A stretch of 64,000 bases of DNA from Gracilimonas sp. GTDB taxonomy: Bacteria; Bacteroidota; Rhodothermia; Balneolales; Balneolaceae. Below the pieces are notes generated by a model. It searched no databases. It had not been told where the DNA came from and saw nothing but the letters and a program-made list of their open reading frames with translations. Where the stretch lies: positions 1,328,419-1,392,418 of the forward strand of contig OZ245729.1 of NCBI GenBank assembly GCA_965227215.1, written 5' to 3'. Positions 21,701-30,100 of this stretch are shown one piece after another. Each line of letters begins with the position of its first letter. Position 1 is the stretch's first letter. A program made the position numbers and the translations under genes.

Positions 21701-22273
21701 TTATTCAGTTAGCTGTTCTTCAGCCTCTTTCTGTGCAGCGTACCTGAACATCAAAGCAGACACGATCCATAATGTTACGAAGAAGCCATTCACACCTAGT
21801 ATTTCCATCACTGAGCTTGGCGGTGACTGGTAATACCCACCGAATATAGCAACGAATGCTATCAGTGCCTGAGCCATTGCTGCCACAAACAATGTAATGA
21901 CCATCCCATCTGCTTTAAAGCTTGAAAAGAACGCTCCGATTATGCCAATAGCAATCACCCCAAAATATGCCAGGTTGATGGGGTTGTCTTCCGAACCTAT
22001 GACCCCTACAGCCAGGTTTGACCAGATGAGAAAGAAACCGGTTCCAAGTGCCAATCCGACTGCAACCCGATAGGCATTAGTTCCGGATTTCCGGGTTATA
22101 AACAGGTAGGTACATCCTGTTCCAAGTATGAGTGCACCTGCAATAATAAAATCACTTAGTGTCCAGACTACTTCGGGAGTGAATTGCATCGCGATAAAAG
22201 GAATCAGGAGAATGGTGGCTGTACCGGCGGCAAGGTACAACAGGTTTTTTGATAAGGGTTGTTCTGTATTCAT
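21701..22273 (-). CDS. polytopic membrane protein, unknown function
   Basis: 190 aa with about 6 hydrophobic helices, in an apparent operon with creD. Confidence 0.6.
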   Translation of the reverse strand: MNTEQPLSKNLLYLAAGTATILLIPFIAMQFTPEVVWTLSDFIIAGALILGTGCTYLFITRKSGTNAYRVAVGLALGTGFFLIWSNLAVGVIGSEDNPINLAYFGVIAIGIIGAFFSSFKADGMVITLFVAAMAQALIAFVAIFGGYYQSPPSSVMEILGVNGFFVTLWIVSALMFRYAAQKEAEEQLTE

Positions 22274-22355
22274 AATTGAACCTCAGTTTTTTTGTTTAAT
22301 ACATGCACTTTGAAATACAAAGTAGGTGTGTAAATTTTTTTGTTTGATTTAAACT

Positions 22356-22655
22356 TCACTTCTGTGCTTTGATGATCTCCTCCATCACGTTCAGGTAGTT
22401 TCCAAATGCTTTCTTGCCTTCCTTTGTCATGGAGTATTTGGTGTTTGGTTTGTTATCAATAAAGGATTTCTCTACTTCGATAAAACCCTCCTTTTCCAGC
22501 TTTTTTATGTGTGTAGCCAGGTTTCCATCGGTCACATCCAGAAATTCTTTCAGCGCACTAAAATCGAGCGAATCGTTGACCGCCAGTGCCGACATAATAC
22601 CCAGCCTGACCCTGCTCTCAAACGCTTTATGTAAATCATCAAAGGATACATTCAC
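22356..22655 (-). CDS. winged-helix transcriptional regulator
   Basis: 99 aa. RVRLGIMSALAVNDSLDFSALKEFLDVTDGNLATHIKKLEKEGFIEVEK is a typical wHTH pattern (ArsR/MarR-like). Confidence 0.75.
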   Translation of the reverse strand: MNVSFDDLHKAFESRVRLGIMSALAVNDSLDFSALKEFLDVTDGNLATHIKKLEKEGFIEVEKSFIDNKPNTKYSMTKEGKKAFGNYLNVMEEIIKAQK

Positions 22656-22661
22656 TGCTAA

Positions 22662-23267
22662 TCACCGCTCGTAGCTGAAATACATGTAAATTCCATACAT
22701 CATATGAACTGCACCAAAGCCCACCGCCCACAACAGTAAGCCATACTCTATAAACCAGGCGCTTGCCAGCCCCAAAGTGATTTGTACCAGGCCCATGATT
22801 TTAACTTCAGGAATAGTAAACCGGCCTGCGTTTACCAAAGCAAGTCCGTAAAAAAGTAACATCAGCGGGGCAAGCAGACCAATAAGTCCTTTTACCAGCA
22901 GTATCACAATCAATACCCCGCCTGCTGCCAAAGGGATGGCCATACTGCTTAGAAGCCTTCGGGAGGTTGCATTCCAGATGTTTTCTCCATTTCCTTCGGC
23001 TTTTCGTTTAGAGAAGTAAATGGCCGTCACCAAAGCCAGCCCCAAAACACCGATGGCCAGCCAAATCATTTTTTCTAAATTCGGTGAAGTGTAGAACAGC
23101 TCATTCGGGTTAAAGCCCAATATGTTGTAAGCAATGTAAGCCCCGGCCAAGGCATACAAACCTGCCATAATTCCCGCCCATCCCGAAAGCGATAAAAATT
23201 TGGACGATCGCTCCATCATCGAGCGAATCTCAGCAATGTCTTTGATATAATCTTGTTCTTCTTTCAT
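22662..23267 (-). CDS. membrane protein, unknown function
   Basis: 201 aa with 5-6 TM helices. It is the first gene of the putative creD operon. Confidence 0.6.
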   Translation of the reverse strand: MKEEQDYIKDIAEIRSMMERSSKFLSLSGWAGIMAGLYALAGAYIAYNILGFNPNELFYTSPNLEKMIWLAIGVLGLALVTAIYFSKRKAEGNGENIWNATSRRLLSSMAIPLAAGGVLIVILLVKGLIGLLAPLMLLFYGLALVNAGRFTIPEVKIMGLVQITLGLASAWFIEYGLLLWAVGFGAVHMMYGIYMYFSYER

Positions 23268-23418
23268 GCAAAGTACTTTTAATTTAAAAGTAGATGAAAA
23301 AAATCAGTTCTGCAAGAGGGAGAGAATTTATTTTTGGGTATATGCTACAATTAGCGGTTCGGACCGAATTCAAGCATCCAGATTCCTGGCTGCACAGGAA
23401 TGACTTACGTCCTTACAG

Positions 23419-24681
23419 TTATTCCACTACATCCTTTTCATAACTCTTCATGGCTTGGAGGAAGCAGAAAGTTGCCAATACCCCACATACCGTAAATACC
23501 AACAGCAGTGCTTTCGAAGGTCCGTACACTCCGGTAAAAATATGATCGATCATCCAGCCGGTGACAGGCGGACCGATGCCGAACCCAACGATGCTCACCA
23601 CAAACAAGTAAACTGCGCCGGCCATGCCCCGCATATCCGATTTCACAAAATACTGGATGAGCGCAGCTGCCACTCCGTTGTAAGAAGAAGAAATAACGTT
23701 GGCAAACCCAACTAGCAAGAACGCCACCAATGCCGACTCTGCCATCAACCCGAAATAATAGAATGGAAGTCCACCCAGGGCTGCTACAATTCCCATAACA
23801 AAGCGTTTTTCGGCCCCCCACTTTTTTGCGAAGAAGTCGGCCAGCCAGCCGGAGACATTTACACTCAGTCCTGTTGCAAACATGAACCAGCCGTATTGAG
23901 AAATCAGCGAGGGCATTTCAAAAGTGTCATTCAACACCGTCCCGATAAAAGCGAGAATAGTATATCCGCTCAGAGCTAATAGAGAAAAACCGGCCAGGTG
24001 ATACCGCACCGTTTTCTTTTGAAGAATGAATTTCAGCACGCTGAAAAATTGCCTGGCCGAACGCTCACTTTTCCCGGATTTACGCTTCGGTTCCCGTATC
24101 AACAAAAACCCAATCACCACCAACACCAAACCCGGCCAGCCTACAGTTTTCATAGCTACCCGCCAGTCGTATAGCTGGGCAACCGATCCTCCGATCAAAA
24201 AAGACAATCCCACCCCTATAAATATCCCGGATGCGTAAAAAGAAAATACCCGTGCTCTTTTTTCGGGCGGGAAGTAATCGGCAAGCAACGAATATACAGC
24301 AGGGCTTAATGCCGACTGGCTCACCCCCACAAAAAAGCGGGCGGTTACCAAAAAGAGGAACGAGCTGGCAAAGCCACTGGCTACGGTCATCAGACTCCAA
24401 ATCAACAACCCGGTCAGGATAATTCGTTTTCGGGAAAACTGATCGGCAAACCACCCCATGAATATCCCACAGATGGCATAAATCAAAGAAAAAGCCGGGC
24501 CGTATAGCACCCCGATTTGCGTGTTGGTGAAGCCGAGGTCGTCACGGATGGCAGTGCCCAACACAGCTACAATCTGCCTGTCTACAAAGCTGGTTATGTA
24601 GATCAGAAATAATAAACCCAGTACCAGCCAGGCATAGAATTTGGGAGATTTAGCTTCGAGCGTTTCATATATAAATTTCAT
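23419..24681 (-). CDS. MFS transporter
   Basis: 420 aa with about 12 TM helices and an MFS loop motif (GWFADQFSRKRII). Confidence 0.85.
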   Translation of the reverse strand: MKFIYETLEAKSPKFYAWLVLGLLFLIYITSFVDRQIVAVLGTAIRDDLGFTNTQIGVLYGPAFSLIYAICGIFMGWFADQFSRKRIILTGLLIWSLMTVASGFASSFLFLVTARFFVGVSQSALSPAVYSLLADYFPPEKRARVFSFYASGIFIGVGLSFLIGGSVAQLYDWRVAMKTVGWPGLVLVVIGFLLIREPKRKSGKSERSARQFFSVLKFILQKKTVRYHLAGFSLLALSGYTILAFIGTVLNDTFEMPSLISQYGWFMFATGLSVNVSGWLADFFAKKWGAEKRFVMGIVAALGGLPFYYFGLMAESALVAFLLVGFANVISSSYNGVAAALIQYFVKSDMRGMAGAVYLFVVSIVGFGIGPPVTGWMIDHIFTGVYGPSKALLLVFTVCGVLATFCFLQAMKSYEKDVVE

Positions 24682-25048
24682 GGCTCCAAAGATAGAGCAC
24701 AGATTGGTGGGATGGAAGCAGGAAGAACATCGAACAAGGAACGTTGAATATGTCCATTCATCATGGTCATCCTAAACATCCTGTAAATCACGGTTCAATA
24801 ATTTTATGGAACTCGGATGACACTGATGCTGCGGATTGTCACTGTTTTTTTTAGTTGAATCAAAAATTCAATGATCTGTGAATACCCGTCAAATCCACCT
24901 CATCCGTTTTCCATTATATGTATAAACTTGGCGCAGTGTTTTCCTTGAATAATCATATCGATCTACAGAAAAAACGTTCACATAAAGGATGCAGAATGTT
25001 TATTTTTAGGGCTCACAAAATTTTGATAAAACTCTCTACTCAATCATA

Positions 25049-26101
25049 ATGATGAAAGTTGGAATTCTGGGCGCTACCGGCGCTGTTGGCCAAAAATTTA
25101 TACGATTGCTTCAGGGGCATCCCTGGTTTGAAATTGAAGCATTGGGAGCTTCAGAACGTTCGGCCGAAAAGAAATATAAAGACGCCGCCAACTGGATTGA
25201 GGATGTAGTTCTGCCAGAACACATCGAAGAGACTGTGGTCAAAAAATGTGCTCCCGGTGAGTTTGGAAAAGTAGATTTTGTGTTTTCCGGACTTGATTCC
25301 TCCGTAGCCGGAGATATCGAAAAAGCATTTGCGGAAGCCGGAATCCCCGTTATTTCCAATGCAAAGAATTATCGTCAGGACCCTACCGTCCCCCTATTGA
25401 TACCGGAGATTAACCCGGATCACACCGACCTCATTAAAACACAATCATTCAGTAAAGATGGCAAAGGCTGGATTGTGACAAACCCCAATTGCGTAGCTGT
25501 TCCGCTGTCACTGGCTTTGAAGCCATTATATGACGCCTTCGGAATTGAGTCGCTTATCCTTACCACCATGCAGGCTGTTTCCGGAGCCGGGTATCCCGGA
25601 GTGGCCAGTTTGGATATTCTTGGAAACGTGGTTCCTTTTATTTCCGGAGAAGAGCCTAAAGTTGGACCGGAAACCCGAAAGCTATTGAGTTCTCTAAAGG
25701 GTGATTCTCTGAATCTTCCCGAATTTAAAGTTCAGGCTACGGCCACTCGTGTTCCGTCCATCAACGGGCATATGATTTCTGCGACCGTGAAGCTGGGAAA
25801 TCCTCCGGAAGACCTGAATGAACTTAAAGAGGCGTACCAAAACTACCAGAACCCGGTGGCCGAATTGGATCTTCCATTTTCTCCATCTTCATTATATAAC
25901 CTGCACGATAATGAGTATTACCCACAACCCCGCCTCCATGCGGATTGGGAGAACGGAATGCAGCTACACTTGGGAAGATTGAGAAAAGCAGAGGTCTTTG
26001 ATGTCAGTTTTGTCGCAATGGCTCATAACACCATTCGTGGTGCGGCCGGTGGCGCCATTTTGAATGCGGAACTACTGACCAAAAAAGGGTTCCTGAAATA
26101 G
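25049..26101 (+). CDS. asd: aspartate-semialdehyde dehydrogenase
   Basis: MKVGILGATGAVGQ NAD(P) site and the active-site region VTNPNCVAVP; about 350 aa. Confidence 0.9.
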   Translation: MMKVGILGATGAVGQKFIRLLQGHPWFEIEALGASERSAEKKYKDAANWIEDVVLPEHIEETVVKKCAPGEFGKVDFVFSGLDSSVAGDIEKAFAEAGIPVISNAKNYRQDPTVPLLIPEINPDHTDLIKTQSFSKDGKGWIVTNPNCVAVPLSLALKPLYDAFGIESLILTTMQAVSGAGYPGVASLDILGNVVPFISGEEPKVGPETRKLLSSLKGDSLNLPEFKVQATATRVPSINGHMISATVKLGNPPEDLNELKEAYQNYQNPVAELDLPFSPSSLYNLHDNEYYPQPRLHADWENGMQLHLGRLRKAEVFDVSFVAMAHNTIRGAAGGAILNAELLTKKGFLK

Positions 26102-26128
26102 TAGAGACACAAGATTTTGTGTCTCTAC
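26101..26128. terminator. Perfect 12-bp hairpin (family E) starting at asd stop codon
   Basis: gtagagacacaa-gatt-ttgtgtctctac. The core agacacaagattttgtgtct is identical to 43002-43021. Confidence 0.7.
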
Positions 26129-26141
26129 GGTGGGGGCATAA

Positions 26142-26537
26142 TTATTCCTCCATATCCCCAAGGCGTTTCTGTGACATATACAGGTTTAATTTGGTGGAAA
26201 ACCGAATCGCCTCGTTTTTGTCGTTTCGTTTGATGTTTAATTTAATCTTGCCTTGATCACTGCCCGGCAACGGTTCAAAAAATGCCCATTGGTTGGCTTC
26301 GATAATCAATTTCCCACCGGTAAAAAACAACAGGCCTTTCTTATACTGTATCTTTTTGATGTGGTCGAGCTGGATAGAAAACTTACTCAGGTTGCTCAAG
26401 CCGTTTCCCATCATATCGTACACTTTGTACTCGAAAAGCAGTTCTCCATCCAGGAAGCTCAGAATTCCCTTAACCTCCTTTACCTCTACTTTTACATCTT
26501 CGGTTTCGTACATCGAATAATTGAAAGGAATACTCAT
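26142..26537 (-). CDS. small hypothetical protein, tandem paralog 2
   Basis: 131 aa. Resembles the upstream neighbour: (S[IL]PF..., ...KGIL...LLFEYKV..., ...YKKG...GKLII..., ...LNL..S..KL...E). Confidence 0.65.
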   Translation of the reverse strand: MSIPFNYSMYETEDVKVEVKEVKGILSFLDGELLFEYKVYDMMGNGLSNLSKFSIQLDHIKKIQYKKGLLFFTGGKLIIEANQWAFFEPLPGSDQGKIKLNIKRNDKNEAIRFSTKLNLYMSQKRLGDMEE

Positions 26538-26540
26538 GGT

Positions 26541-26918
26541 TTAATCTTCCAGCTCGTTAAGTTTTTGTTCAGACAGCTTCAGATTTAAATTGGATGAGAT
26601 GTTAGCGGCTACATTTCGGTGCTTTCGCTTCACTTTTAATACACGTTCTGTTAACTCTTTACCGGGTAGCTCTCCAAAAGACGAGGCCCTTTTGCCATGT
26701 AGAATCAGTTTTCCACTAAACCATCCCTTTTTGTATTCCAGCATATCCAGCTCTGATAACGGTATGGTTTCTGTCCGAAGTTCAGACTGATACGCTTCTA
26801 CCACTGCATCTTTTTTCTGGAACTCAAACACCAGATTTTCACTTTCCACGCGCAGAATTCCCTCCACTTTCATGAATCCGCCGTTTAAATTTTCGATAGA
26901 AAAAGGAAGACTTCGCAT
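26541..26918 (-). CDS. small hypothetical protein, tandem paralog 1
   Basis: 125 aa, with a 3-nt gap to the paralog downstream. Shared motifs SLPFS, EGILRV..LVFEF, YKKGWFSGKLILHG and NLNLKLSEQKLNELED. Confidence 0.65.
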   Translation of the reverse strand: MRSLPFSIENLNGGFMKVEGILRVESENLVFEFQKKDAVVEAYQSELRTETIPLSELDMLEYKKGWFSGKLILHGKRASSFGELPGKELTERVLKVKRKHRNVAANISSNLNLKLSEQKLNELED

Positions 26919-27083
26919 ATGCGTTACTGATTTTTAATGATTTAGATGCTTTCAAAAAAACTTCTAAAAAAGTACAAAAAATCTGTAAGGAGTGCGCGTT
27001 TCATCGCTCTAACTAAACAGCTAACAAAAGAGAAAACTAATCATTGCCTTGAGAATGACACAACATTCTCAATGTCCTTCCAG

Positions 27084-27120
27084 GGGTAAAAGGTGGAATA
27101 TCCTTTTGCCCTATTTTTTT
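27084..27120 (+). promoter_or_regulatory. Terminator-like hairpin + T-run in the leader of the LTD gene
   Basis: gggtaaaagg-tggaatat-ccttttgccc followed by tattttttt. It is preceded by a second hairpin ttgagaatg-acacaa-cattctcaa (27049-27072) and lies 66 nt upstream of the ATG at 27187. Confidence 0.5.
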
Positions 27121-27186
27121 ATCGGAGTATTTTTCCTGCAAGTCATTAAACAATTGTTTTAATTGACTGAATAATAATTCGGGAGC

Positions 27187-30100
27187 ATGAGGGTACTTTT
27201 ATTCATGATATTGTGGGGACTGCCCTGTATCATTTTCGGGCAGTCAGCAAACTTCGAGGATGACTTTTCGGATCAGGATATTTCTGATTGGTTTGGAGAT
27301 ACCGGCAATTTTATCTTCACAGAAGAAAACGGAAATATCCTGCTTCAACAAAATGCAGCCGGTGCCGGCGTTTCTTACCTGAGCATCTCTACCTCTAATA
27401 CCATTGGCTACTGGGAGTTCTTTATTCGTTTTGATGGATTCAGCCCATCAAATGGTAATAAAGCCGAGATCTATTTAATGAGCGATAGTCAGGATCTGAC
27501 TTCATCCCTGAACGGATACAAGCTAAGGGGTGGTGAGAATGGGAGCAATGATGTATTCAGGCTTTACAGGATTGACAACGGCAGCGAAGCAAATGAAGTG
27601 CTTTCCGGCACAACCGATATCAGCTCCGGTGGAGATTATCGTGTAAAAGTAACTCGCGATGCCTCCGGAGACTGGACGCTGGAAGTTGCTGAAGGTTATG
27701 CCGGTGTACTTTCCGTTGAAGATACCGGAGCCGACAACACCTATACCTCCACCCCTTACTTTGGGTTTAAGAATACGTATTCTTCTAGCCGTTCCGATTT
27801 GTTTTACTACGACTTCAAGATTGATATTCCACCTATTGAAGTTACTTCCGTTTCTTTGATTAATAATACAGAGATAGATGTAGCCTTTTCCCGAGCTATT
27901 GATTTTTCTACCGTTCAAAACTCCGATTTCATTTTGAATCCCGGAGGATTAGCCCCACAATCTGTGAGTCAGCAAAGTGGGGGTACCACGCGGATTACAT
28001 TTTCTTCGGCCATCACCAGCGGCCCAAACTCCCTCACCATTTCCGGTATTGAAGACAATGCAAATGAAACCACCTTAGCAGATACCACTTTCTCCTTTTT
28101 TATGTATGATGATTATCAAACCGGGGATGTAATCGTCAATGAATTCATGAAAGACCCACCTCCCGGCACGACCGAATATGTGGAACTTCGAAATACCTCT
28201 TCCCGATATTTGAATCTGAAGAACTGGCAACTTGGAGATAATAACTCTCTGAGCACCCTTTCCTTTTCTGATTTCACCCTGCTCCCCGACAGTTTTGTGG
28301 TGATCTCATCCGATACTTCTGCTTTGAATACATTCTATGGTGGTGCGGTCTATCTTCAGGCATCCCTCCCGGCTTATAACAATGGCGAAGATCAAATCCG
28401 GCTTTTTAATAAATCCGGTATTCTTATCGACTCCTTGCAATATAATGCAGACTGGGGTGGAGAAGATGTGGCCTTGGAGCGAAGGAGTTCAGCAGTCCCT
28501 TCTTTTTACCAGGAGAATTGGGGTGACAGTCCAAATCCTGAATTTGGTACACCGGGAATTTCCAATCAGGTTCAGCCCGACAATACTCCGCCCTTTATTG
28601 AATCTCTTAAAGTGGAAAACAGTCAGACGCTGTTATTGGTTATTTCTGAACGAGCAGAAGCTTCCTCTGCCCAAGACCTAAACAACTATTCTATAAGCCA
28701 GAATCCTGAGGAAGGCTCAATACCTCCGACCATTCCGGGAATATCCTCCGTTCAGCAAATAGCTCCGGATTCACTTCGCATTTCTCTGGATACCGGACTT
28801 CAGGAATACGATGGAAACTGGACCTTAACAGTCACCAATCTCACCGATATATTTGGGAATACCGCAAATCGGGAAGCTGACTTCAATTACTACGTGATTT
28901 TTACAGCCGAGCCCAATCAAGTGGTAATTAATGAGTTTATGTATGATCCCGGAGATGGGTTTTCGGAGTTTGTAGAACTTTACAATCATTCGGACAGCTC
29001 GTTCAACCTTCAATACTGGACTTTTAATGATAATACCGGTGACGATGAATTTATATCGTCTAACTCCTTTGTATTGCCCGCCGGTAAATTCGTGGTTTTG
29101 ACACCAGACAGCACCCTTGCCACCTCCTTTCCGGATATTTCCTACATTGACATGAGAAGTCGTTTTTCTTCCCTGAACAATAGCTCCGATGCCATCGTCA
29201 TCAAAAACCAAAACGGGCTAATTATTGATTCGCTGAGTTATCAAGACGATTGGGGCGGTGAGGAAATTTCACTGGAAAGAAGAACGGCGATCGTGACCGG
29301 AATTTACCGGGAAAACTGGGGGAATTCTCCTTCCGGGGACAGAGCCACACCCGGCCTTCCCAATGTAATACCGAAAGATGAAACCCCACCGAAGATCGAT
29401 GACTTATCGGTTATGAATGACAGCACCCTTCAGCTCATATTCAGCGAACGAGTACTGGAATCACCGGCCACCAACCCTGAAAATTACAGCTTCATCGAAC
29501 TTCCTGAAACTTCCGGTAATTCACTACTTCCTCAATCATTTAACTACCTTGCACCCGATACGGTACTGATCTCTTTCCCGGCTAAAATTCCCCGAGAAGA
29601 AAGCGGAACTTCGTATCAGCTTAGTGTGAACAATCAAAAGGATGTATTCGGTAATACCTCCGGTGATTTAGAGGCTGATTTTTTTCTTATTGATCTGGCT
29701 GAGGCCGGAAGAGATGATGTCATCATAAACGAATTTATGTATGAACCGGATGAAGATTATACCGAGTTCATTGAACTGTTTAATCCTACTGACAAAAATT
29801 ACGATTTGCGTAACTGGACGCTGAATGACAACACCGGAAACCGCAGAGAAATCACATCTTCCAGCTATGAACTTACTCTGAATTCCTACCTGATCCTCGC
29901 ACCTGACAGTTCCTTTCTGGAGCTTTTTCCAAACCGCCCTACCCTGATCCTCGGCAGTCGGTTTCCCTCCTTAAATAACAGTACCGATGCTATTGTCATC
30001 CGTAATGCAGTGGGAGAACTTATCGACTCTTTAACTTACACCTCCGATTGGGGTGGTGAAGGTGCATCCCTGGAGCGCAAAAGTCCTGACCACCCTTCAT

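Noticed and set aside
24682-25048. 367-bp intergenic region upstream of asd with tgacactg/tgtcactg and a T8 run, considered as ncRNA or terminator
   Set aside because: The two words are direct repeats, not complementary, so no stable hairpin precedes the T-run. I recognised no ncRNA signature.
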